A stretch of 63,536 bases of DNA, filler included, from Octopus bimaculoides (Eukaryota): the NCBI RefSeq assembly GCF_001194135.2. It is 7 parts of 6 records of this genome, joined end to end, with 100 filler letters (N's around TTAATTAATTAA, not from the genome) between each part and the next. Parts side by side here need not be neighbours in the genome. Positions count along the whole stretch, not along the records: positions 48,522 to 53,604 come from NC_068982.1; positions 53,705 to 62,042 come from NC_068995.1; positions 62,143 to 63,536 come from NC_068989.1; 4 more parts are not named here. One strand, 5' to 3'. Below are positions 50,873 through 62,667 of the stretch, piece by piece. The number at the start of each line of letters is the position of its first letter. Position 1 is the stretch's first letter. Below the pieces are notes generated by a model, which saw only the letters and a list, made by a program, of their open reading frames with translations, was not told the DNA's origin and searched no databases. A program made the translations under genes and the position numbers.

Positions 50873-51070
50873 AAATATTCTTTTCTACTCAAGGCACAAG
50901 GCCCGAAATTTTAGGGGAGGGGACCAGTCGATTAGATCGACACCAGTACGCAACTGGCACTTAATTTATCGACCCCGAAAGGATGAAAGGCAAAATCGAC
51001 CTCGGCGGAATTTGAACTCAGAACATAAAGACAAACGAAATGCTGCTAAGCATTTCGCCCGGCGTGCTAA
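50873..51070 (-). mobile_element. SINE family A, well preserved
   Basis: Near-collinear with 911-1130. Confidence 0.92.
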
Positions 51071-51271
51071 ATATAAAGTCGAAATAAAATAAAAGAGAGC
51101 CAGGGATTTTTTGTAGACTTTCTTTTCTTTTTTTTTTTTTAGATTACAATTAAAATTAATAAGTAGTTTCCGTAAGAAATGAGTTAATGATTATTTGTTA
51201 TAATTGTCCGAGAATAAGCAAAATAAGCAAAAAATAAGTTTATTTTAAATTTACATATGGTACATATATAT

Positions 51272-51644
<373 letters not shown>

Positions 51645-51646
51645 TA

Positions 51647-52310
51647 CAGGGTGGGTGGAAAGTTACTAGGCATTAGAAATTGCTTATAGAATTTCTAGTA
51701 TCACTGAAGTCATGACGAAAACATTTTTTAAACAGACAACACTAATGAGGATTTCTTTCTTTTTTGTCTTAGTTCTTATTTTCCAGATGGCCAGTCGCTT
51801 GACTGTTCAAGAGCGAGCTAAGATAGCAGCACGCTACGAAGTGTGGAATTCCATTGTTTTGGTTCAGAGAAAGATAAGCATGCGACACTATGTCCGGAGA
51901 CAATAAAAAGTTGTCATGCAAAGTTGATGACCATGGGCTCTGTGAACGATAGAAGAAGGAGCCGTCCAACCACATCCCGACCAGCGGATGGGACGACGCG
52001 GACCTCATGAATGGCCTCTAAGGAGGCCAGATCTTATTCAATGAGGTTTTTACCTGTGGGGTTACACAAAAGAGGTGTACAAGACAAAATCTCGCACACA
52101 GGACTTTGAGACACGGATTCAGGAAGTTCTCAATGATATCGCAGACGACGTCCTTCAGAAGGTTGTTCATTCTATCCTTTGCCATTTGAGAAAATTGGTC
52201 GACGACACTGGTGCTTACGTTGAAATATGAAGATTCATTTCTTTCAATAAATTTGTAAAAGGAATATGAATGTTATCACCAATTTTTAATGCCTACTAAC
52301 TTTCCCCCAC

Positions 52311-52314
<4 letters not shown>
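51647..52314 (+). mobile_element. Internally deleted Tc1/mariner element, rosa/DD41D-like
   Basis: TIRs CAGGGTGGGTGGAAAGTTACTAGGCATTAGAAATTG and caatttttaatgcctactaactttcccccacccaa; TA on both flanks; ATG at 51787 (MASRLTVQERAKIAARYEVWNS) fused to a WPLRRPDL...FYLWGYTKEVY C-terminal motif. Confidence 0.85.
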
Positions 52315-52348
<34 letters not shown>

Positions 52349-52626
52349 GGAATAATTACTTTGAAGCATTGAGTAGAATATATCGTATAAAAGATCGTGG
52401 GTAAGGCCAAAACACTGCGAAGTAAACGCAAGGTAAATCACGAGAAAACAAATATGTGAATTAATGTAGACTAACATTGTATTCAATATTTCGGGGTTAT
52501 AACCCCATTTTCAAGAAATTGACGAANNNNNNNNNNNNNNNNNNNNNNNNNNNNNNNNNNNNNNNNNNNNNNNNNNNNNNNNNNNNNNNNNNNNNNNNNN
52601 NNNNNNNNNNNNNNNNNNNNNNNNNN

Positions 52627-53604
52627 TACGTACGTACGTAGGTAAGTACGTAGTTACGTAGGTACGTAGGTACGTAGGTACGTACGTAGGTATGTACGTA
52701 CGTATGTACGTAGGTATGTACGTATTTACTAACATACATACGTAGGTATGTTTTGTACGTACGTTTGTACGTAGGTATCTATGTACGTACGTAGGTAAGT
52801 ACGCACTTACGCACGCATGTACGTACACACGTATGTATGTACATACGTAGTTACGTACGTAGGTACGTGCGTATGTACGTACGTTGGTACGTAGGTACGT
52901 ATGTTTGTAGTTTGTAGTTATGTACGTACGAACGTAGGTTTGTATGCATGTACGTACGTTGGTATGTATGTACGTATGTACGTAATTATGTTTTTACATA
53001 AGTACTTACGTACGTAGTTATGTACGTACGTATGTCGTACGTAGGTATGTACGTCTGTACGTACGTAGCTATGTACGTACAAACGTACATATATAATTAG
53101 ATATGTACGTAGTACGTATGTATGTACGTACGTACGTATGTATGTACGTACGTACGTATGTATGTACGTACGGACGTACGTACGTTTGTATGTATGTACG
53201 CACGTTCGTATGTATGTACGTACAAAGTAGGTACGTATGTACGTACATGGGTGTGTATGTGCGTACTTTCGTACATACGTAGGCCTGTATGTACATTCTT
53301 ACGTACGTAGTTATGTATGTACGTACGTCCGTACGTATGTATTAATTTACGTACCTACGTCGGTATGTATGTACGCACGTACGTATGTATGCACGTTTGT
53401 ACGTACGTAGGTACGTACGTAGATACAACGTAGGTAGGCTTGTACGTTCGTAGGTTTGCACGTACGTAGGTTTGTACGTACGTAGGTTTGTACGTACGTG
53501 CGTAGGTATGCACGTACGTGCGTAGGTATACATGTACGTGCGTAGGTATGTACGTACGTACGTAAGTATGTACGTGCGTACGTACTTACGTATGTACGTA
53601 CGTA
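52627..53604. repeat. Degenerate (TACG)n/(TAGG)/(TATG) tetranucleotide satellite between two gaps
   Basis: About 1 kb of TACG-based units with variants. Confidence 0.95.
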
Positions 53605-53648
53605 NNNNNNNNNNNNNNNNNNNNNNNNNNNNNNNNNNNNNNNNNNNN

Positions 53649-53660
53649 TTAATTAATTAA
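53649..53660. other. Assembly gap linker N44-TTAATTAATTAA-N44
   Basis: Same construct. Confidence 0.95.
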
Positions 53661-53704
53661 NNNNNNNNNNNNNNNNNNNNNNNNNNNNNNNNNNNNNNNN
53701 NNNN

Positions 53705-53775
53705 TCTCGATTAAAGGCGGTGCCCCAGCATGGCCGCAGTCAAATGACTGAAACAAGTAAAAGAGTAAAAGAGTA
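53705..53775 (+). mobile_element. SINE family B 3' tail
   Basis: ggcggtgccccagcatggccgcagtcaaatgactgaaacaagtaaaagagtaaaagag. Confidence 0.9.
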
Positions 53776-53789
53776 TAGATATACATATA

Positions 53790-53946
53790 TATATATATAT
53801 CGGCTTCCACACGATTTACATCTACAAAATCCACTCACCAGGCTTTGGTCGGTTTGGAGTGATAGTAGAGGATACTTACTCAAGGTACCGCGCAGCGGAA
53901 CTGAACCCGAAGCCACATGGTGGCGAAGCGAACTTCTTAACGATAC
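53790..53946 (-). mobile_element. SINE family B 5' part
   Basis: Plus strand ggcttcc...aaatccactcaccaggctttggtcgg...ctcaaggtaccgcgcagcggaactgaaccc...aacttcttaac. Confidence 0.8.
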
Positions 53947-53996
53947 TACTAATCTTCTGCCTATACATAGTATCATTAGACAAACGTTAGCTAAAG

Positions 53997-54220
53997 TGAA
54001 AGGGTAGAATCGTTAAAGCATCGGACAGAATGCTTCGTGGTATTTGTTCCGGCTATTTCTGCTCTGAGTTCAAACCCTGTCTAGGTTCACCTTGCCTTCC
54101 GTCATTTCGGTATCGATAAAATATTAATCCAACGTCGTTGATTGGCGAAATTACAATAGCACCGGACCGGGTGTCTTGCTGCATTTGTTCTGTTGTTTTT
54201 CGTACTGAGTTCAAACCCCA
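53997..54220 (+). mobile_element. Two tandem diverged SINE A heads
   Basis: agaatcgttaaagcatcggac...ctgagttcaaaccc occurs twice. Confidence 0.65.
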
Positions 54221-54398
54221 ACGCAGCCTAGATGTGTGGTACATAGAAACCGCTGCCGGTTTCAGCACCACCACCTGACAACTTGGAAAGCGGCTAAAGC
54301 TACTCAAGGTATCCAAGCTACCCGCGTGGTGGTTTTTAAACCGGGTGATCATTTAAGTTCACCTGCCCCTCAAATCAGCAGGTAAATGCCGAAACAGA

Positions 54399-54560
54399 TA
54401 CCGCAACAGGTTTGACTGTGTGGTTAATAAGTCCGCTTTGCATCCACACGGTCTTAAGTTCAGTCCCACTGTGAAGCATCTTGGACAAGCTTATGACATC
54501 AGGCTGAATTCGGTGGACGGTAACTGTGTGGAAACCAGTCGTGTATGCGCGTGTGTTTGC
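54399..54560 (+). mobile_element. SINE family B head, diverged
   Basis: gactgtgtggttaataag...agttcagtcccactg..gcatcttggacaa...ggtggacggtaactgtg.ggaaacc.gtcgtgtat. Confidence 0.7.
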
Positions 54561-54730
54561 GCATTTTAGTTGTTAGTTTTTCTCTCATTCCCGCTCGCCT
54601 TCGCACCTATTCATTCCTCATCCTCTCCATCCGTGCCGCACCAACCATAAACAGAACCACAATATCACCATTATAATCCTCGCTTTCTCTATCATCAATA
54701 TTAACACAATAACAGTATTATCACTACCGT

Positions 54731-55054
54731 GAAGGGGCGTAGATTAGGGGTTAAGGGTATTCGGCTCACAATTGTAAGGCATTGAGTTCGATTCCCAGCG
54801 GTGCGTTGTATCCTTAAGCAAGACACTTTATTTCACGTTGCTCCAGTCCACTCAGCTGGTAAAAATGAGTAGTACCTGTAATTCAAAAGGGCCAGCTTTG
54901 TCACACTCTTTGTCACGCTGAATCTCCCCGAGGACTACGTTAAGGGTACATGTGACTGTGGAGTGCTCAGCCACTCGCACGTTAATTTCACGAGCAAGCT
55001 GTTCCGTTGATCGGATCAAATAGAGCACACGTCGTCGTAACCGACGGAGTGCCA
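54731..55054 (+). mobile_element. tRNA-derived CORE-like SINE (family C), full length
   Basis: Head agggtattcggctcacaattg...gagttcgattccc; central tatccttaagcaagacactttatttcacgttgctccagtccactcagctggtaaaaatgagt; 3' end gtcgtcgtaaccgacggagtgcca. Confidence 0.88.
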
Positions 55055-55112
55055 CTTTCTGTCACCACTACCCTGACCCAACCACTCTAAGACAACTACC
55101 AAAACAATACCA

Positions 55113-55490
55113 CTACCACCACTCACCACCACCACCACCACCACCACCACCACCACTACCATCAATGCTCAGCAACAACATCTGTAGCATCGTTACCACA
55201 CCGAATACCACAACGACAACGATGACAACAAAATCATGACCACCATCACTGAATCCACCAAAAATGGCCGCCGCGCTTCCACCTCCACCGCCGTCGCCGC
55301 CGCCACCACCGATACTGTTCCTATCGACAACAACAACAACAACAACAAAACTAACACAAAAACAGCACCATGCTACATCGATCACGATCATGACCAAAGC
55401 AGTACTAAAACAACACCACCATACACTACCACATACAACCACCATCACCACCACAACCACCACAACCACAACAACCACTACCGTACAACC
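55113..55490. repeat. (CAC)/(CAA)/(CGC) trinucleotide field
   Basis: Low-complexity arrays. Confidence 0.92.
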
Positions 55491-56122
55491 ACTTCACGTT
55501 CTGCCAAACACTATTCCAATTAGAAGCCATATTAAGCGAAAAGAAAGTAAAACAAAGATGCCCGCCATTAAGCACTGTTCAGTGGTCGCCATCTTAGCTA
55601 CTGTCGTTGTATTTGGACATTTCAATCTGATTTGCTTAACAACTTCACTTTCCAGCTCACTAGCGACATATTATGGCGTATAATAGCATGCAGCAACCAA
55701 ATAAACACAAACATTCACACACATACACACATATATACGCACATATACGCATTCACGCTTTGCACGCATGCGCACTAATACTCGATACATTGGTAAGTTG
55801 CGTTTAAAGACATTCAATTTCATGAACTAATGTACGTATACATACAAAATACATACATAAATATATATATACATATATAAATATACAATACATATATGTG
55901 TGTGTGTGTGTATGCATTTGTGTGTGTGTGTGTGTGTATATATATATGTATATAAATACATATGTTTATGTATTCATATATACATAATATATATGCATAC
56001 ATACATTCATGCATGTATATACACATGCCAATATATAATTCAATACATATTTTAAGCTATGTAGACGTGAATATGTGCATTACTATTTGGAAATTAATCT
56101 CTTCTCAGACTGTCTATTCCTT

Positions 56123-56186
<64 letters not shown>

Positions 56187-56204
56187 CCTTTCTGTATATA
56201 TAGA

Positions 56205-56239
<35 letters not shown>

Positions 56240-56767
56240 NNNNNNNNNNNNNNNNNNNNNNNNNNNNNNNNNNNNNNNNNNNNNNNNNNNNNNNNNNNNN
56301 NNNNNNNNNNNNNNNNNNNNNNNNNNNNNNNNNNNNNNNNNNNNNNNNNNNNNNNNNNNNNNNNNNNNNNNNNNNNNNNNNNNNNNNNNNNNNNNNNNNN
56401 NNNNNNNNNNNNNNNNNNNNNNNNNNNNNNNNNNNNNNNNNNNNNNNNNNNNNNNNNNNNNNNNNNNNNNNNNNNNNNNNNNNNNNNNNNNNNNNNNNNN
56501 NNNNNNNNNNNNNNNNNNNNNNNNNNNNNNNNNNNNNNNNNNNNNNNNNNNNNNNNNNNNNNNNNNNNNNNNNNNNNNNNNNNNNNNNNNNNNNNNNNNN
56601 NNNNNNNNNNNNNNNNNNNNNNNNNNNNNNNNNNNNNNNNNNNNNNNNNNNNNNNNNNNNNNNNNNNNNNNNNNNNNNNNNNNNNNNNNNNNNNNNNNNN
56701 NNNNNNNNNNNNNNNNNNNNNNNNNNNNNNNNNNNNNNNNNNNNNNNNNNNNNNNNNNNNNNNNNNN

Positions 56768-56878
56768 GGTGGTGGCGGCGACGGCGGTCGTGGTGGTGAT
56801 GGTCGTCGTCGTGACGGTAGAGGCAGTGTTGGTCGTGGTTGTGGTGGTCGGGATAATGATGGTGATAATGATGATGAC

Positions 56879-56931
<53 letters not shown>

Positions 56932-57180
56932 CGATGATGATGATGATGATGACGATGACGATAATTACGCTCGCCAACAATAAAACTCTCATTATTTAAC
57001 AATGTAGATATGGAAGCTTAGATTCAAAAGCAATAATAATCGATGCGGAGGTGTGTAGTGTTTTAATAATAAAATAGTATGGGCTAAGGCACTGGTGGTA
57101 GCGTTAGAGTTAAAGGACGAGCATAGTGGTAATAGTGGTGGTGGTGGTGATGGTGGTGGTGNNNNNNNNNNTGTAACGGC

Positions 57181-57226
<46 letters not shown>

Positions 57227-57490
57227 AGTTTTATTTCTTGTTTTGAATATCGTTGTTCATGTTGATCTTCTCCATCACCACTGCCACCATCACCACCATC
57301 ATCATCATCATCTTCACCTGCATCATCATCATCATCTTCACTGACATCATAATCAGCGTCACATCACCATTATCAGCGGCAGCAGCAGCAGCAGCTGCAG
57401 CGTCGCTGCCACCAACGACACTCGAAACCGTGACCACCACAGCGACCATCATCACAAACACCGCCGCCCCCACAAAACACCACCAACACT
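56768..57490. repeat. (GGT)/(GAT)/(TAG)/(CAT)/(CAG) trinucleotide fields
   Basis: Arrays at 56768-56963, 57131-57227 and 57275-57490. Confidence 0.9.
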
Positions 57491-57662
57491 TTTGATACCA
57501 AAATGGAACCGCTTCAAACCGGTTCTATCAACCGCGGAAAGGCATAAAGGCTACCAAATCTCCATTTTGTAGTATATCTCAGCCGACATGCTAATGTCAC
57601 ATAGACATACACACACACAATAAATAGACAGAGATAGAGAGACATACCTATCTATCTATATG

Positions 57663-57845
57663 ATTGACCGTTGACTGAACACTATTCAATTTTTTTTTCT
57701 CCGTGTTTTTCTCCTTGTCTCCGTATTCTTTCTGTTGAAGAGCGTAGCTCGAAACGTCAAAGACTTTCCGTATTCCCGAGCGTCATACTAATATATACTT
57801 TTGTTATTTACACCACCTGTCCTCGTCTGTTGTTATTTTTTGTAT
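57663..57845 (+). mobile_element. Young Penelope-LTR-like repeat carrying a hammerhead fold (copy 2)
   Basis: Matches 29221-29364 except for one T; continues caccacctgtcctcgtctgttgttattttttgtat into (CTAT)n. Confidence 0.7.
57727..57763 (+). ncRNA. Minimal type-I hammerhead-like motif, CUGUUGA core variant
   Basis: Identical to 29284-29320. Confidence 0.65.
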
Positions 57846-57878
57846 ATTCTCCTACCTATCTATCTATCTATTTGTCTG

Positions 57879-57911
<33 letters not shown>

Positions 57912-58389
57912 TTATTTATCTTTCTATCTATTTATTTATTTCTCTCTCTCTCTCTCTCTCTCTCTNNNNNNNNNNNNNNNNNNNNNNNNNNNNNNNNNNN
58001 NNNNNNNNNNNNNNNNNNNNNNNNNNNNNNNNNNNNNNNNNNNNNNNNNNNNNNNNNNNNNNNNNNNNNNNNNNNNNNNNNNNNNNNNNNNNNNNNNNNN
58101 NNNNNNNNNNNNNNNNNNNNNNNNNNNNNNNNNNNNNNNNNNNNNNNNNNNNNNNNNNNNNNNNNNNNNNNNNNNNNNNNNNNNNNNNNNNNNNNNNNNN
58201 NNNNNNNNNNNNNNNNNNNNNNNNNNNNNNNNNNNNNNNNNNNNNNNNNNNNNNNNNNNNNNNNNNNNNNNNNNNNNNNNNNNNNNNNNNNNNNNNNNNN
58301 NNNNNNNNNNNNNNNNNNNNNNNNNNNNNNNNNNNNNNNNNNNNNNNNNATATGTTCCATAAATCTACATTGTGCATTACAAGCAAGGC

Positions 58390-58450
<61 letters not shown>

Positions 58451-59321
58451 GAGACACAGACGCACACATACAGACAGATAGCTCACACATTCACTTTGTA
58501 TCCTACACACACACACACACACATACACACGTCATTATGCCTACACACGTCCGTACGCCTTTGTACGTACGTATTAAACCGACACCGACGTCTGTCTGTT
58601 TATCTTGGTAATAATGATGACCTGTCCTGCGTGTTGATTCCTACAGTTAATTCTCTCTCTTCTTTACACCAGAACACCCATCTATTGCAGTATGCATTCA
58701 CTATGAACACCCGTGAGCAAACGAACGTTTCGCAACATCTGTTTCTTCTATCTCCAAAACAGAAGAGCGCTACATTGGTTAAAGATTGATTATTCCCCCT
58801 TTGGACCGTGTTCAGAAAAGCTTAACAGACAAGTTCTCCGTGCAGTTCGCAAACCTGTCAAACATGCTTACCGCTGTGTGAATAAAATGTTTGTGAGAAC
58901 GATGATGATGGCAGGGGGTGGGGGAGGTGGAAGCTGGGGAGAGTTGAGGCGTGATGTTGCGGAAGGGGAGAAGTCTTAGTCTAATGATGTGCTAGCGAGT
59001 TTGGCTTATGCCCAAAAATATGTAAATAACAAACAATAATAATCTAAACATCGACCAAAAATATAAAAAAACGAAATCAGAAATAAACAAACGGGTAAAT
59101 AAATGCATATGCTATGCACAGCAACCAGAACAAAAAATAATAATAATAATAATAAAACAAAATATAGCTAGAAAACATTACCGACTGAAAAAATAAATTT
59201 TATATGCACACACACATACACACACACACATACACACACATGTGCATATACATACACACACACACACATATATACATACATACTTATAAATCATACATAT
59301 GAACATATATATGTGAGTGTA

Positions 59322-59362
<41 letters not shown>

Positions 59363-59913
59363 GTGTGTGTATGTGTATATGTATGTGTGAATGTGTGTGT
59401 GTATGACTATATGTGTATATAGTAGTGTTTGAGAGTACTGCATGCATTCATGTGTGTGTGTGTGTATGAAATGACTACTTTTTGTAGGCAGATAGTCAAC
59501 ATTTGAGCAAATAAATTGTTCATATAGTGATGGTAAAAAAAGAAAATAATAATAAATGGTGACGTGTGAATGATTTAAAGAAGCTGAAAGAATATCGAAA
59601 AAAAAAACAAAAAAAGAAGAAAAGGAAAAAGAAATAATAAGAGAGAAAAACAAAACAGCTAAAAACAAATACAGATGAAAAAAAACCGCAACGTTGATAT
59701 TTCGAGGAAGAATTTATTGGTGGCCATTAATTGCTAGGATTATTTCCTTAGATTTCAAATATCTTCAGATCGCTGCCACAGCAGATAATATTCCAATATT
59801 AGGCAGCCTGTAGAGCCTTTTATTTTCGTAGAGGTTATTAATTGCTGCTGCTGCTGCTGCTATCATTATCGTCGTTGTTGCTGTTGTCGTTGTTCTTGTC
59901 ATTGCTGAGGTGA

Positions 59914-60160
59914 AGGTGGCGAGCTCACGGAAGCGTTAGCACGCCGGACAAAATGCTAAGCGATATTTCGTCTGTTCACACGTTCCGAGTTCAAATTCTG
60001 CCGTGATCGACTTAGCCTTTCATCTTTTCGGGATCGATAAAATAAGTAACAGTGAAACACTGAGTTCAATATAATGGACTTATCCCCTCCACTAAAATTT
60101 CAGGCCTTGTGCCTATTGTAGAAAGGGTTATTATTATTATCATTATTATTATTATTATTA
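59914..60160 (+). mobile_element. SINE family A with (ATT)n tail
   Basis: gaaggtggcgagctc...gttagcacgccggacaaaatgc...caggccttgtgcctattgtagaaagggttattattatt. Confidence 0.88.
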
Positions 60161-61010
60161 AACTATAAACTATAACATAAAAATAAGAATAAAAATCTAA
60201 CGGATATGTTTAAAAGAATGGTAACAAATCGAGACAAGGTATAATAAACAGGGCCACGTGTGTATAGTAGAATATAACGTAACAGTAGCAAAAAAAAAAT
60301 CATAGAGAGTTATACATCTACATATTAATATTGAGAAGCGAAAAAATATATATATTTTACACGAGGCTGAAAAGTGATAGGCAGGACTATGTTCGAAAAA
60401 AGTTACAATATTTAAGTAAAAATGTACATACAAGCAGAGAAAAACAAAACAAAGAGAACTTAACAAGGAAAAAACATCGGTCAGACAAGACCGGCCCTAT
60501 TACCCCATTTGTCTTCTCCCTTATTGTATCTTATTTTAATTAACCTTATTTTATTAAACCTTTTTTAATGTCCTTACAAAAATTCCTCACACTGATAAAA
60601 ACGACAATGCATAGATTTAATTATAATTACTATAGTTATAATTTTTTTCTTACATATTTGCATTGTCCTTTGAAACGCGCGTATGTATTGAATCCTATTT
60701 CGTATTAAATCTAATTTTGATTCAACATCTTTTTCTCCTCCATTTTTCTATAATTGGTAATGGTATATTTATACCTATAACGACATTTTTCAACTATTTT
60801 CATATTCTTATTACTTGCTCTAGCTGGGTTTTTTTTTTTTTTTATGAATATGATGAATCTTTTTTTAGAAACCATTCTTGCTCTTCAGTTTCTAGTACTG
60901 GGACAGATGTCCATGCATCTACAATTTCCAGAGTATTGCACCGGTCTGGCCTGCGATAGATCCGCCTATTCAGGACGGAGTTTAGTTGCGTGCACAGAAA
61001 CATTTTCCTC

Positions 61011-61302
61011 GTCGTCATTATGATCACGATCAACATCACTACCACCACCGCCATCATCATCGTCATCATCATCATCATCATCATCTTCATCATCATCATC
61101 ATCATCATCATCAACGTCATCGTCATCATCATCATCATCATCATCATCATCGTCATCATCATCGTCATCGTCATCGTCGTCGTCCTCGCCGTCGTCATCG
61201 TCGTCATCATCACTGTCGTAGTTGTCGCCATCATCATCGTCATCGTTATCATCATGATCACCTCCACCACAACCGCCACCACCACCATTACCATCAACTT
61301 GG

Positions 61303-61353
<51 letters not shown>
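61011..61353. repeat. (CAT)n/(CGT)n microsatellite
   Basis: Source of the spurious poly-His, poly-Ile and poly-Met ORFs. Confidence 0.97.
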
Positions 61354-61355
<2 letters not shown>

Positions 61356-61900
61356 TCTGATATTACAATAGCAGCAACAACATCACATATTCAAAGCTAC
61401 TGCATTTATTTATTTATTTATTCATTTGTTTCTTTTTTTCGTTTATTTATTTATTTATTTATTTATTCATTCATTCATTTATTTACCTATTTTGTAATCA
61501 ACGCAATCATAACATCATTCAGCGTTGCATAATCGATAACATCTGTGACTATTAGTGTGTATCAATATATATTCATTTCAGATTTTAACAATGAAATACA
61601 AATAAATAAAAAGAATAGATGTCTTAACCTTTTCATTGAAATACGTCTTCTGTTCCACCATTTCACCATCTGGCTCTTTTGTGCATATTGTAAAGAATCG
61701 GTAACGGAATCTTTGTTAATGCCGATGCCACAAAGAATTTACTTGACCTCAAACAATCTTAAACCGTTTTACCGACAAAATCTGTTTTCTCCACCCACAC
61801 ACACCGTCCTAAATCTCTTTTTTTACTGTACTTGCGATATCAAGATGTTCTTTGTACGGGACCACAATAGACGTGAACACGTATACACACACACACACCT

Positions 61901-61931
<31 letters not shown>

Positions 61932-62086
61932 CACGCACGCACAAACATACATATACACTCAAATATATACGTACATATGTACTCACACACGCATACATAT
62001 ATATGTTTCTTCTATGAATACCGAGTTATATAATTTCGCGTANNNNNNNNNNNNNNNNNNNNNNNNNNNNNNNNNNNNNNNNNNNN

Positions 62087-62098
62087 TTAATTAATTAA
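62087..62098. other. Assembly gap linker N44-TTAATTAATTAA-N44
   Basis: Same construct. Confidence 0.95.
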
Positions 62099-62172
62099 NN
62101 NNNNNNNNNNNNNNNNNNNNNNNNNNNNNNNNNNNNNNNNNNTATGACTTTTATTGTTTTTTTTCCTTGTTT

Positions 62173-62242
<70 letters not shown>

Positions 62243-62243
<1 letters not shown>

Positions 62244-62420
62244 CAGCGGTATTTCGTCCGACTTTACTTTCTCAGTTAAAATACCGCCGAGGTGACTGGC
62301 TTTCAAACCTTTCGAAGTCAATGAAGTAAGTACCAGTTGAGCTGAGCACTGGAGTCAATGTAATTGACTTTCACCCCACCTCAAAATTGCTGGCCTTGTG
62401 CCTTTATTATCATTACTATA
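62243..62420 (+). mobile_element. SINE family A, 5'-truncated, standard tail
   Basis: agcggtatttcgtccg...aagtaccagttga...aaattgctggccttgtgcc. Confidence 0.8.
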
Positions 62421-62431
62421 ATTGGTTAATT

Positions 62432-62667
62432 TAAGGCGGTGAGCTGGCAGAAACGTCAGCATGCCGGGCGAAATACTTAGCGGTATTTCGTTTGCCGTTA
62501 CGTTCTGAGTTCAAATTCCGCCGAAGCCGACTTTACCTTTTATTCTTTCGGGGTCGATAAATTAAGTACCAGTTACGCACTGGGGTCAATGCAATCGACT
62601 TAATCTCTTTGTCTGTTCTTGTTTGTTCCCTCTATGTTTAGCCCCTTGTGGACAATAAATAAATATA
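62432..62667 (+). mobile_element. SINE family A with alternative A2 tail
   Basis: taaggcggtgagctggcagaaacg...ttgttccctctatgtttagccccttgtggacaataaa. Confidence 0.92.

Noticed and set aside
52627-53604. Possible CRISPR-like or coding repeat array
   Set aside because: No repeat-spacer alternation and no cas genes; eukaryotic tetranucleotide satellite.
60842-61532. Long poly-His, poly-Met and poly-Ile ORFs (also 34504-34840, 55113-55683, 56094-57002)
   Set aside because: Translations of (CAT)n/(CAC)n microsatellites that are open in several frames on both strands; no sign of real coding.
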